Assembly (NCBI GenBank): GCA_963668175.1
Contig: OY764159.1
Span: forward strand, 192,001 to 256,000
DNA: 64,000 nt
From: Syntrophales bacterium
GTDB taxonomy: Bacteria; Desulfobacterota; Syntrophia; Syntrophales; PHBD01
Direction of reading: 5' to 3'
Position numbers and translations under genes: made by a program. Under the pieces are notes generated by a model. The model had not been told where the DNA came from, made no database searches, and worked only from the letters and a program-made list of their open reading frames with translations. Positions 1 to 9,593 of this stretch are shown piece after piece (the first letter of the stretch is position 1; every line of letters begins with the position of its first letter).

Positions 1-3
1 CGT

Positions 4-276
4 ATGAGCATCTTTGAAGGCGTTATGCTGATCTGTTTCGGGGCCAGTTGGCCCATATCCATCCTGAAATCCATCCGGGTCAAAGACGTTACGGGCAAAA
101 GTCCGCTGTTTCTCGTCATTGTTGCCGTAGGTTATGTCAGCGGTATCGTCCACAAGGTCCTCTATTCCCTGGATTGGATCATCATTCTGTATATCGTCAA
201 TTTAATTATGATTTTAACCGATTTGACCTTATATATCCATTACAGCCGCAAGAACAGGATACAACCAGTTTGTTAA
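4..276 (+). CDS. Small PQ-loop/SemiSWEET-like membrane protein
   Basis: 90 aa ORF with three hydrophobic segments and a 'FGASWP..I.KS....GKS' pattern. Confidence 0.6.
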   Translation: MSIFEGVMLICFGASWPISILKSIRVKDVTGKSPLFLVIVAVGYVSGIVHKVLYSLDWIIILYIVNLIMILTDLTLYIHYSRKNRIQPVC

Positions 277-298
277 CGCTATAGGGGGGGCTTAAGGT

Positions 299-1042
299 AT
301 GGAACGATGGCAGACGATCATTGCGGAAAAAAGTCATGATGGAATAGGCGTTATCACCTTCAACCGGCCGGAACTGAAGAACGCGGTATCGATCCGCATG
401 CGCCAGGAGATATCCGACTGTCTCGGCGAATGGCGCGACGATCCGGACTTGGGCGTCGTCATTTTTACGGGGGCCGGCACGACTTTCACGGCGGGATTCG
501 ATTTGAAGGAATTCAAGGACCCCGCTCTCTTCGATACAATCCTCGCTACGTCGTCCCGGTACCACCGGGATATCTGGAAATTCCCCAAGCCGACGATTGC
601 CGCCGTCAACGGCGCGGCCCTCGCCGGGGGCTTCGACCTGGCAAAATTATGCGACATCCGTATCTGTTCGACGAGGGCCGTTTTCGGGCACCCGGAGATC
701 AAGTTCGGCGTCCCGCCCCTTTTTACGCCGCTGCGCTGGATCATCGGGGAAGGACTGGCCCGCGACCTCTGCCTGACGGGCCGAAATATCAACGCAGAGG
801 AAGCCTACCGCATCCGCCTCGTCAGCGAGGCGACCGACCCGGATATGCTCATGGCTCGCGCCAGGACAATCGCCGGCGGTATCCTGGAGGCCCCATTGGC
901 AGCTTTAAAGATGACCAAGGCGTTTCTCATGGACAATGCCGGGCGCGGCATGGAGGAATCGTTCCTCATCGAGCACGATGAGGCATTTCACAAGGTCATG
1001 CAGTCGATTGCCGGAGGTCTTAAGAAAGTAGGCAAAGGTTGA
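299..1042 (+). CDS. Enoyl-CoA hydratase/isomerase (crotonase family)
   Basis: Motifs FNRPE..NA, FTAGFDL, PTIAAVNGAALAGG, CDIRI and FGHPEIKFG. Confidence 0.92.
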   Translation: MERWQTIIAEKSHDGIGVITFNRPELKNAVSIRMRQEISDCLGEWRDDPDLGVVIFTGAGTTFTAGFDLKEFKDPALFDTILATSSRYHRDIWKFPKPTIAAVNGAALAGGFDLAKLCDIRICSTRAVFGHPEIKFGVPPLFTPLRWIIGEGLARDLCLTGRNINAEEAYRIRLVSEATDPDMLMARARTIAGGILEAPLAALKMTKAFLMDNAGRGMEESFLIEHDEAFHKVMQSIAGGLKKVGKG

Positions 1043-1439
1043 AACGCCGCACTGACGGGACGAAATAGAATCTAGATCCTGCGGCATAGTGTCAGCAGGT
1101 CTCGATGAACAGCTACGGACCTGTTCGTTTTCAACTGAATATAATTCCGAAAAATTCGAAAATTAACTATTGACACGCTCAGCGATATCCATTAAGGTCG
1201 AAAAACTTTCACATTATTGGAATGTTCCGGAATGATGACACGGGTATTTGAGAGAAGAGAGATTCTGGGTCTGAACGTACTTTGGGCGTTGTTGCGTCTC
1301 TCTCTTCTATTGATGGGACTAAACCCATCACCCGGAGTTTTTAGGAACTGAACCATATTTATCGACATCAATGAAATCCTAAAGGCCATGGGTGAAAAAT
1401 CCATGGCCTTTTTTTCGATTAAACGTGAGGAGTCATACC

Positions 1440-1997
1440 ATGTACGAAGTCATTTGGCACGGAAGAGGCGGCCAGGGGGTTGTCGTGGCGGCACAAATCC
1501 TGGCCGAATCCGCGTATCTTCAAGGATTCAAGGGTGTTACATCGGCGCCGACTTTCGGGCCGGAGAGACGGGGGGCGCCGCTGACGGCATCGACCCGATT
1601 TTCGTCAAACACCATCAGGATGGTTTCACAGATCGAGCATGCGGACATCGCCGTCGTTCTCGACCCTTCATTGCTTTCCGTTGTCAATATCCTGGGAACG
1701 CTGAAGGAAGGCGGCTTGATCGTCATCAATACCGAGCTGAAGCCCGACGAACTCCATATCGACGGCAAAGTCCGGATCGCGACTATCGACGCCGGGGCCG
1801 TCGCTATCAGGCACCGTCTGATCCGGGAGGGACAGCCCGTCGTCAATACGCCGATGCTCGGGGCCTTTTCGAAAGCGTCCAACCTCGTCGACATGGAGGC
1901 CATTGAAAGGGGTCTGAAAGGCAAATTATCGAGCGCCGTCTCGGCCCCGAACATCCTGGCCTTGAGAGATGCATACGAACAAACCTGTATAAAATAG
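1440..1997 (+). CDS. porC: 2-oxoacid:ferredoxin oxidoreductase gamma subunit
   Basis: HGRGGQGVV and FGPERRGAP motifs; ATG at 1440 follows GAGGAG. Confidence 0.9.
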   Translation: MYEVIWHGRGGQGVVVAAQILAESAYLQGFKGVTSAPTFGPERRGAPLTASTRFSSNTIRMVSQIEHADIAVVLDPSLLSVVNILGTLKEGGLIVINTELKPDELHIDGKVRIATIDAGAVAIRHRLIREGQPVVNTPMLGAFSKASNLVDMEAIERGLKGKLSSAVSAPNILALRDAYEQTCIK

Positions 1998-2016
1998 ATT
2001 ACGTGAGGATAGATTC

Positions 2017-2313
2017 ATGAAGAAAAAGGATACCAACATTTCCGCCATGGCTACGCCCGCCGTTGGAGAGGCCGGTAGAACGGGGGATTGGCGGGACATG
2101 AGACCGGTCATCGATCAGTCGAAATGCATTCCGTCCCTCAAGAAGAAATCAGCCTGCTTCCTTTGCTGGCTGTATTGCCCCGAGGGAGTCATCAGCACGT
2201 CGATACCCGTTCGGATCGATTACGATTATTGCAAGGGATGCGGCGTCTGCGCTGAGGAATGTCCGGCCAAGGCTATAACGATGGTACATGAAGGAGAGGA
2301 GATACATGAGTAA
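2017..2313 (+). CDS. porD: 2-oxoacid:ferredoxin oxidoreductase delta subunit (4Fe-4S)
   Basis: TGDWR..RP motif, CxxCxxxCP and DYDYCKGCGVCAEECP. Confidence 0.92.
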   Translation: MKKKDTNISAMATPAVGEAGRTGDWRDMRPVIDQSKCIPSLKKKSACFLCWLYCPEGVISTSIPVRIDYDYCKGCGVCAEECPAKAITMVHEGEEIHE

Positions 2314-3520
2314 CGTCCATATCATGACAGGCAACACGGCTGCGGCGCTCGGGGCAAAATTATGCCAGGTCCAGGTCGTTGCCGCCTATCCGATCACGCC
2401 GCAGACTTCCGTCACCGAAACCCTTTCCCAATATATAGAGAGCGGAGAATTAAAGGCCGAATACATCCGTGTCGAATCGGAGCACTCGGCACTTACCGTA
2501 TGCGTATCCGCATCGACCGTCGGCGCAAGGGCCTTCACCTCGACCAGTTCCCAGGGCCTCCTCTACATGCATGAGCAGATCCATTGGGCCGCGGGCTCAC
2601 GGCTTCCCATCGTCATGTGCTGCGTCAACCGCGGGGTGGGTGCTCCCTGGACGATTTTCAACGATCAGCAGGACAGCATTTCTCAGCGCGACACGGGCTG
2701 GATCCAAATCTACTGCCGGGACAACCAGGAGATCGTCGACTCGGTCATCCAGGGGTACCGGATCGCAGAAGCCGTTTACGTCCCCGTCATGGTCTGTTAC
2801 GACGGCTTTGTCATGTCCCACACGATGATGCCCGTCGATGTACCCGATGCCGAGCTTGTCGCAAATTACCTGCCCCCCTACAAACCCCACACGATTCTTT
2901 CTCCCGAAGCACCCAGGAATATCAATCCGGTTCTCTTTCCCTGGCGGCGCGCCAATTCGGAGGGCGTCATGTGCGACGGCTATATGGAAATGAGGTATAA
3001 ACTCCAGAAAGCCCTTGACGATTCCCGCGAGGTCATAAAAGCGACCAACCGCTCCTTTGCAGAGACCTTCGGCAGGGATCACGGGGGCATGCTCTGGCAT
3101 TACAGAACGGAAGACGCCGATCTGATCCTGACGGGCATGGGCTCCGTGGCGAACGAAGCAACAGCCGCCGTCGACGAACTCCGCGAAGAGGGCTTCAAAG
3201 TGGGCGTCATCGGCATCCGCGTTTTCAGACCCTTCCCCAGGGACGAGATCAGGGATGCCTTTAAACGGGCGAAATCCCTTATCGTTTTAGAGAAAGCCAT
3301 CAGTTACGGGAACGAAGGAGCGCTATGCAACGAACTCAAGGCCGCCTTTACGGAACCGACATCCGGGTCCCCATGCACAACTATGTCGTGGGCCTGGGTG
3401 GCAGGGACGTCAAGGCCCGGGAAATCGCCGAAGCGGTACGGACGTCCGTCGAAGCGATGGAAAAAGGGGACACCGAACCGAAGCCCGATGTGGCTGAACT
3501 GTTTTACGGATACGGAGTGA
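2306..3520 (+). CDS. porA: 2-oxoacid:ferredoxin oxidoreductase alpha subunit, with two compensating indels near 3345 and 3485
   Basis: AYPITPQT, ESEHSA and TSSQGL motifs. The conserved C-terminal VGLGGRDV lies in another frame (ORF 3325..3549). Confidence 0.9.
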   Translation: MSNVHIMTGNTAAALGAKLCQVQVVAAYPITPQTSVTETLSQYIESGELKAEYIRVESEHSALTVCVSASTVGARAFTSTSSQGLLYMHEQIHWAAGSRLPIVMCCVNRGVGAPWTIFNDQQDSISQRDTGWIQIYCRDNQEIVDSVIQGYRIAEAVYVPVMVCYDGFVMSHTMMPVDVPDAELVANYLPPYKPHTILSPEAPRNINPVLFPWRRANSEGVMCDGYMEMRYKLQKALDDSREVIKATNRSFAETFGRDHGGMLWHYRTEDADLILTGMGSVANEATAAVDELREEGFKVGVIGIRVFRPFPRDEIRDAFKRAKSLIVLEKAISYGNEGALCNELKAAFTEPTSGSPCTTMSWAWVAGTSRPGKSPKRYGRPSKRWKKGTPNRSPMWLNCFTDTE

Positions 3521-3524
3521 CGTC

Positions 3525-4432
3525 ATGCCAGAAAATCTTTTCAAAGTGAATATCGAAGAATACATGCTTCCGGGACAGAGGGCCTGCCAGGGCTGCGGTC
3601 TGTCCCTCGCCTACCGTTACGTCCTCAAGGCGCTGCGGGAAAGCACCATCCTGACGCTGCCGGCCTGTTGTCTGACGGTTCTCCACGGCCTCTACCCGAC
3701 GACATCCGTGGCGATCCCCGCATTGAACTGCACGTTTGCGAGTACAGCCGCCTCGGCATCGGGGCCTTGTGGCGGGCTTGAACGCCCTGAACAAAACCGA
3801 CATCACCGTCGTGGCCATCGCGGGCGACGGGGGAAACGTTCGACATCGGCATCCAGGGCGCTAAGCGGCGCCGTGGAGAGGGGAACCGATTTCATCTTTG
3901 TCTGCTATGACAACGAAGCCTATATGAACACGGGTACCCAGCGCTCCAGCGCAACCCCTGTCGGCGCCGTCACGACGACCACGCCCGTCATGACCAAGCA
4001 GCAGCCGAAGAAGGACATGCCTCAGGATCATGGAGGGCCCACGACCTCCCTTACCTCGCCACCACGTCGCCGGCCTATCCCATCGATCTCTATGACAAGT
4101 TCGTCAAGGCGAAGAGAATCAAAGGCCCTCGTTACATGCAGATCGCGGTTGCCGTGTCCCCCCCCGGATGGGGTTACGCCCCCAAGGACACCGTACGCAT
4201 GGGGCGGCTGGCCGTCGAAACGGGCATTGTTGTCCTGTTCGAAATTGAAAACGGGAAGTTCCGATTTACCGGCAGGAGCAAGACCATGGCCGAAAAGGGC
4301 CAGAGGACACCGGTCGTCCATTATGTGGAAAGACAGGGCCGGTTTAAAAAGATGAATATGGAACAGTTGGGCCAACTGCAGCGCTGGGTAGACACACGCT
4401 GGAACGAATACCTGAAGAAGGCCGAGAACTGA
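3525..4432 (+). CDS. porB: 2-oxoacid:ferredoxin oxidoreductase beta subunit (TPP-binding), several homopolymer frameshifts
   Basis: ACQGCG and YDNEAYMNTGTQRS motifs. GDGG/FDIG at about 3830 and PPGWG at about 4165 are recoverable only by changing frame. Confidence 0.85.
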
Positions 4433-4829
4433 AGAAATAAGATCGCTTTGAACAACGACTCCGCTGAGTAACTCTGTGCGATGTGAAAGGCGGAGTCGTT
4501 CAAATCTTTCCACTGATGCCGTGAGACGCATCCTTCCGTGAGATTGCAGCCGTTCAATGCGTCATACAACGAAGGCTGCTTCCGATGCCATCGTCACCCG
4601 GCGGGATTCCTTCTCCTCCAACGTGTTCCAGGTGTCTGCATCGACCCTTTACTTGCCCCCTCATTAATCCGCAACAAGATTTACCGCCCGGCGACGAAAA
4701 ACGCCGGTTATATGGATCGCATATTTTCAAGACTTGATATTGACAAGGAAGCCGTCTCCGGTTATTTCTTTTTCCGTCGGCTGTCCGTCCGGCGATTAAT
4801 TCCCGTATACCACGATCAAGGGTTGGATC

Positions 4830-6311
4830 ATGAATGTCCTTCTGGTCTTTCCGCAATTGATGGATTGGTTCTGGAACTTCAAGGACGCCTTGCGTTTTAT
4901 CCGAAAAGAAGCCGTCTTTCCGCCTCTGGGATTGATGACGGTCGCCTCCCTGCTGCCTTCCGAATGGAACAAGCGCCTGGTCGATCTCAATGCGCAGTGC
5001 CTTTCCGCCCAGGATCTGGAATGGGCCGATTACGTCTTCATCAGCGCCATGTTCGTCCAGCGCGATTTCGTGAAAGACCTGGTTTCTCTCTGCAAGAAGG
5101 CGGGGTGCAGGATCGTTGCCGGCGGACCCTTATTCACCACCGACTGGAAAGACTATCCCGATATCGACCATTTCGTCCTGAATGAGGCGGAATTGACCTT
5201 ACCGAAATTCGTCGCCGACCTCCAGGGAGGCCGCGCCGAACGTCTGTACGCCACATCGGAATACCCGGACATCCGGCAATCGCCTTGCCCTTCATGGCGG
5301 ATCGCTTCAATGGAACATTACGACGTCATGAGCATACAATATTCCCGCGGATGCCCCAACCGCTGCGATTTCTGTAATGTGAGCCAGGTCTTCGGAACGC
5401 GTTATCGAACCAAATCGGCGGCCCAGATCGTCGCCGAATTGGACAACCTCTACGCCTGCGGATGGCGAAAGAACATCTATTTTATCGACGACAACCTGAT
5501 AGGCAACCGGAGGGAGATTAAAAACGAGATACTGCCGGCTCTGATCGCCTGGCGGCGAGGCAAATCGGGAATGCCTTTTCAGACTTTTGCCACCATCGAT
5601 CTCGCCGATGACGAGGAACTGCTGCAGTTGATGTATGCGGCGGGATTTAATTGCGTATTTGTGGGCATAGAATCCCCGGACGAAGGCAGCCTAAACGAAT
5701 GCAACAAGTACCTCAACAAGAACAGGAACTTACTCGATAGTGTCCGGCGCATTCAACGTGCCGGCATCCGCGTGCAAGGGGGATTTATCGTCGGCTTCGA
5801 CAACGATTCGCCCGATATATTTGAGCGGCAAATCGATTTTATCCAAGAGAGCGGCATCGTCGCCGCCAAGGTGAATCAGCTCTATGCCTTTCCGGGGACG
5901 AAACTCTACGAGCGAATCGAGAGGGAGGGACGGCTGCGCCCGGACGTCGGCCATCAGATGGATGAATCGGAGGCAACCAACATTATTCCCTTGATGGGTC
6001 TCGATACTTTCCAGGCCGGGTATAAAAGACTGATGGCGTATATTTACTCGCCCGGACCTTATTACGAACGGATCAGAGTTTTCCTGAAGGAATTCAGGAA
6101 ACCGAAATACCAGTCACCGCTCGAACCCGAGTATATCATGGCTTTTCTTCGCACGATCTATCAGATCGGCATCATCGGCAGGGAACGCCTTCATTACTGG
6201 CGCCTGTTAATCTGGACGCTCGTTCACCATCCCGGGTTGCTGCCCATGGCGGTGACGCTTGCCGTCTACGGCGTCCATTTCCGGAAAGTCTGCGACCGAT
6301 TCCGGAACTGA
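4830..6311 (+). CDS. B12-binding radical SAM protein (DUF4070-type C-terminus)
   Basis: N-terminal PPLGL motif; SRGCPNRCDFC (CxxxCxxC); FIDDNLIGN; GFIVGFDND. Confidence 0.88.
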   Translation: MNVLLVFPQLMDWFWNFKDALRFIRKEAVFPPLGLMTVASLLPSEWNKRLVDLNAQCLSAQDLEWADYVFISAMFVQRDFVKDLVSLCKKAGCRIVAGGPLFTTDWKDYPDIDHFVLNEAELTLPKFVADLQGGRAERLYATSEYPDIRQSPCPSWRIASMEHYDVMSIQYSRGCPNRCDFCNVSQVFGTRYRTKSAAQIVAELDNLYACGWRKNIYFIDDNLIGNRREIKNEILPALIAWRRGKSGMPFQTFATIDLADDEELLQLMYAAGFNCVFVGIESPDEGSLNECNKYLNKNRNLLDSVRRIQRAGIRVQGGFIVGFDNDSPDIFERQIDFIQESGIVAAKVNQLYAFPGTKLYERIEREGRLRPDVGHQMDESEATNIIPLMGLDTFQAGYKRLMAYIYSPGPYYERIRVFLKEFRKPKYQSPLEPEYIMAFLRTIYQIGIIGRERLHYWRLLIWTLVHHPGLLPMAVTLAVYGVHFRKVCDRFRN

Positions 6312-6323
6312 GCGGACGGGCCG

Positions 6324-7616
6324 TCATCTCACATGCATGCGGATCATGGCCGCATATCTTTGGGCCGCACCCATATTGGCAATGACGATATCGCGCCCTC
6401 TACTGCCGCGCCGGGCCAGCTCTTCGGGATCGGCCACATACTTGAGCAGACATTCCGAAAGGTCGATGCCGTCCTTCACTGTTATTCCGGTTCCGGCCGC
6501 TTCGAGCAATGATCTCTCTTCGCGGAAATCCTCCATGGATGGTCCGTAAAAGACCATCTTTCCCCACGCCGCAGGTTCCAGAATATTCTGCCCGCCCCTC
6601 GGCACCAGGCTGCCGCCGCAGAAGACAACCGTCGCCAGGCTGTATACCTTGAAAAGCTCCCCGATCACATCTACAACAACGACACGTTCGCTGCCGCGCT
6701 TTTTCCCCTTATTGATATCGCTCATGGAAACGCAGTCCGTAAAACCGGATGCTTTAGCCAACGCCAGAACGTCCTGCCCCCGCTCGGGATGGCGGGGAAC
6801 GATAATCAATTTGAAGTCGGGATAGCGGTCCAGCAACTTGCGGTAGGCATCAAATACCATTTGATCCTCGCCCTCATGGGTGCTTCCGGCTACGAAAATC
6901 CGATCGCCGGTCTTCATGTTGAGTCGGGAAGCGATCTCTTCCCGGAAGCCCGGCGAAGCCTTTGCTGCGAGACTGTCATATTTGGCATTCCCTAGCACAT
7001 GGATTTTTTCGGGCTTGGCCCCCATGACCTGCAGGCGCTCGGCATCAACATTCGAAATCACGCCGATTTCTTCAATGGCCTTAATGATGCCCTTCCAGAA
7101 GAATCTCGTCAGTTTGTACCGCTTGAATGAACGAGGGGAGATACGTCCGTTGACCATAATGACCTTTGTTCCATGGGCCTTGCTGATGCGGATAAAGTGG
7201 GGCCACAATTCCGTTTCCACCAGGATGAAGATATCGGCATTGACGGACCGGATCACCTTCCTGACGACAAAAGGGATATCCAGGGGATAGTAGAAGAAGG
7301 CCGTAGCCGCGGAACAAATCTTTCGGGCCATCTCCTGCCCGGTTTCGGTGCCCGTCGAAAGAACAATGCAGGCATCGGGAAAGTGGTCCCTTATGGAGGA
7401 GATAATCGGTGCCGCCGCCGTCACTTCACCGACGGACACGGCATGGACCCAGATTCTGGGCCGTCCCTTCATTTTTTCATAGACCTCCCGGGGAACAAAT
7501 CCGAACTTTTGGCCCAGGCTTTTCCTGTATTTGCCCGTAAAAACCATAACGGCCAGATAATAGGGGAAAATAACGATAAAACCGATCAAAAGAAGAATGT
7601 CGTAAATGATAAACAT
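6324..7616 (-). CDS. waaA: 3-deoxy-D-manno-octulosonic acid (Kdo) transferase
   Basis: WVHAVSVGE, ETELWP, GSTHEGE, VPRHPER and GGQNILEPA motifs. Confidence 0.95.
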   Translation of the reverse strand: MFIIYDILLLIGFIVIFPYYLAVMVFTGKYRKSLGQKFGFVPREVYEKMKGRPRIWVHAVSVGEVTAAAPIISSIRDHFPDACIVLSTGTETGQEMARKICSAATAFFYYPLDIPFVVRKVIRSVNADIFILVETELWPHFIRISKAHGTKVIMVNGRISPRSFKRYKLTRFFWKGIIKAIEEIGVISNVDAERLQVMGAKPEKIHVLGNAKYDSLAAKASPGFREEIASRLNMKTGDRIFVAGSTHEGEDQMVFDAYRKLLDRYPDFKLIIVPRHPERGQDVLALAKASGFTDCVSMSDINKGKKRGSERVVVVDVIGELFKVYSLATVVFCGGSLVPRGGQNILEPAAWGKMVFYGPSMEDFREERSLLEAAGTGITVKDGIDLSECLLKYVADPEELARRGSRGRDIVIANMGAAQRYAAMIRMHVR

Positions 7617-7779
7617 GGATCACCGAAAGATATTGCCTTAGTCAACGACAGGGCTGCGATCATGATCTTTTTTCCTTGTTATGTCAAGGCTATTCATCAT
7701 GACAGGCAAAGTCGTTACCGATTGACAGGGCAACGCCAATCATGTATGCATCGTAAATCGTATTCCAGAAAGGATGGCC

Positions 7780-8433
7780 ATGAAGCTTATTGCCCCCTCG
7801 ATACTGTCGGCTGATTTCAGCCGCCTCGGCGAGGAAATCAAAGCAGTTGAATCAGCAGGTGCAAACTGGATTCATATTGATGTCATGGACGGCCATTTTG
7901 TCCCCAATATAACCATAGGGCCCGCTGTCGTTGCTTCATTGCGCAGGACGACCAAACTTCCTTTCGATGTCCACCTGATGATCAATCATCCGGAGCAATA
8001 TATCGAGGCCTTTGCCTCCGCCGGCAGCGATATCATCACGGTCCACGCGGAAGCGGCCAGCCACCTGCACCGCACCATCGGGGCCATCAAAGAGCGGAAG
8101 ATCAAGGCCGGCGTCTCCATTAATCCGGCAACGCCCCTTGCCTTCATTGAGCCGATCCTGCCGGACGTCGACCTGCTTCTCATTATGACCGTCAATCCCG
8201 GTTTTAGCGGCCAGAAATTCATCGGCAGTTGCCTCGCCAAGATCAAGCAGGCCAGGGAACTTATCGGCCGACTGGCCAATACCGTTACGATCGAAGTGGA
8301 TGGCGGCGTCACGCTGGACAATATAGGATCGATCGTCGATGCCGGCGCCGACGTCTGCGTGGCTGGTTCATCGGTCTTTGGAAGCGCCGATTACGCCAAA
8401 ACGATTGCCGCAATGAGGGCTATCATAAAATAA
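7780..8433 (+). CDS. rpe: Ribulose-phosphate 3-epimerase
   Basis: APSILSADF, HIDVMDGHFVPN, MTVNPGF and EVDGG motifs. Confidence 0.97.
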   Translation: MKLIAPSILSADFSRLGEEIKAVESAGANWIHIDVMDGHFVPNITIGPAVVASLRRTTKLPFDVHLMINHPEQYIEAFASAGSDIITVHAEAASHLHRTIGAIKERKIKAGVSINPATPLAFIEPILPDVDLLLIMTVNPGFSGQKFIGSCLAKIKQARELIGRLANTVTIEVDGGVTLDNIGSIVDAGADVCVAGSSVFGSADYAKTIAAMRAIIK

Positions 8434-8468
8434 ATCCCCCTGAATCGCTTAAGCAATCCAGGGGGATC
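8434..8468. terminator. Hairpin between convergent genes, probable bidirectional terminator
   Basis: ATCCCCCTGAATCGCTT / AAGCAATCCAGGGGGAT imperfect inverted repeat directly after the rpe stop. Confidence 0.55.
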
Positions 8469-8489
8469 AACCATTCTACACGTTGCATC

Positions 8490-9527
8490 CTAAGATATCA
8501 TTTCACCCAGATTTTTCTGGATTTCCCTCGCTTCCGAAACAATACGTTGAAAGAGTTCCGCGACGGTAGGCTCATCGTCGATCAGGCCGGTTACCTGCCC
8601 GACGGGCAGGACACCCTTCACTTCATCGCCCTTCTCGGTGGCCAGGCGGATAGCTTCAAAGGCATTGGCCATGAAGGCCATTTGCCTGGCGTTCTTCCAT
8701 CCGGAAGCCAGAACACCCAGGAACAGCTTGAAATAAGGAAGTTTGATCTGACGAGCGATCTCCCGGGAGGTCAAGAATGCCGCCGGGAGGTCCAACCCGC
8801 GTTCGATGGCCCGCTTCGCCGCGTCCGTTTTCAAAACGCGGCAATAAATGCCGTCGAAGCGTTTCGAGTAAAGGGTATCCGTAACTTCTTTTTCGATGGA
8901 AAGCTTCTTATAATTGTCATGCAAAGGGCTTTCCTTCGTGGTCATCAGGCGGGTGCCCATGGCGATCCCATCGGCGCCCAAAGCGAGGGCCGCTACCAAT
9001 CCCTTGCCGTCGGCCATGCCGCCGGCCGCTATGACGGGAATTTTCAAATGCCTACGAAGGCTGGGAATCAGGATAAACGACGTCAACTCCTCGCCGTGGG
9101 CCGCCGCTTCATTGCCCGTGGCGATGACGGCGTCGCAGCCGTAATCCTGAGCCCGTTTCGCATGCCTAGGATTGACCGTTGTCGCTACGACTTTTCCGCC
9201 GTATTGATGCGCCTTCTCGACCAGCCAATCGCCTTTCCCCAAAGCAAAATTGATGACGGGTACCTGTTCTTCGATGAGGACTTTGGCGTTGTCCTTTGCC
9301 CCCGGAAACATAAGGGAGGCATTGGCACCAAAGGGTTTGTCCGTCAGTTTCCGGATTTCCCTGATCGACGCCCTGGTTTGCTCCACACTCAGCGGACCTG
9401 TTGCCAGAATGCCGAGGCCGCCGGCATTGGAAACGGCGGCCACCATCTTAGGAACACTGATCCAACTCATGCCTGAAAGAACGATGGGATACTCGATACC
9501 GAAAAGCTCTGTTATGCGGGTTTTCAC
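8490..9527 (-). CDS. Nitronate monooxygenase / FabK-like flavin oxidoreductase
   Basis: MKTRITELFGIEYPI, AVSNAGGLG, PVIAAGG and MGTR motifs. Confidence 0.88.
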   Translation of the reverse strand: MKTRITELFGIEYPIVLSGMSWISVPKMVAAVSNAGGLGILATGPLSVEQTRASIREIRKLTDKPFGANASLMFPGAKDNAKVLIEEQVPVINFALGKGDWLVEKAHQYGGKVVATTVNPRHAKRAQDYGCDAVIATGNEAAAHGEELTSFILIPSLRRHLKIPVIAAGGMADGKGLVAALALGADGIAMGTRLMTTKESPLHDNYKKLSIEKEVTDTLYSKRFDGIYCRVLKTDAAKRAIERGLDLPAAFLTSREIARQIKLPYFKLFLGVLASGWKNARQMAFMANAFEAIRLATEKGDEVKGVLPVGQVTGLIDDEPTVAELFQRIVSEAREIQKNLGEMIS

Positions 9528-9593
9528 AAATGACTCCTCCGTCCTGCCTGAGAGATCGAGAGGATCTCGATCTCTCAGGCCTCCGTGATACGA

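Noticed and set aside
2306..4432. porA/porB as true pseudogenes or programmed frameshifts
   Set aside because: The indels sit in homopolymer runs, are tightly clustered and partly compensate, and the motifs are otherwise intact. Sequencing error is more parsimonious.
4433..4829. Cobalamin or SAM riboswitch before the B12 radical SAM gene
   Set aside because: No recognisable B12-box or S-box core; only a generic hairpin.
8229..9476. Long alternative ORFs, also 52554..53831, 58839..60245, 61100..62701 and 13073..14092
   Set aside because: They are antisense shadows of well-supported genes in GC-rich DNA and have no motifs.
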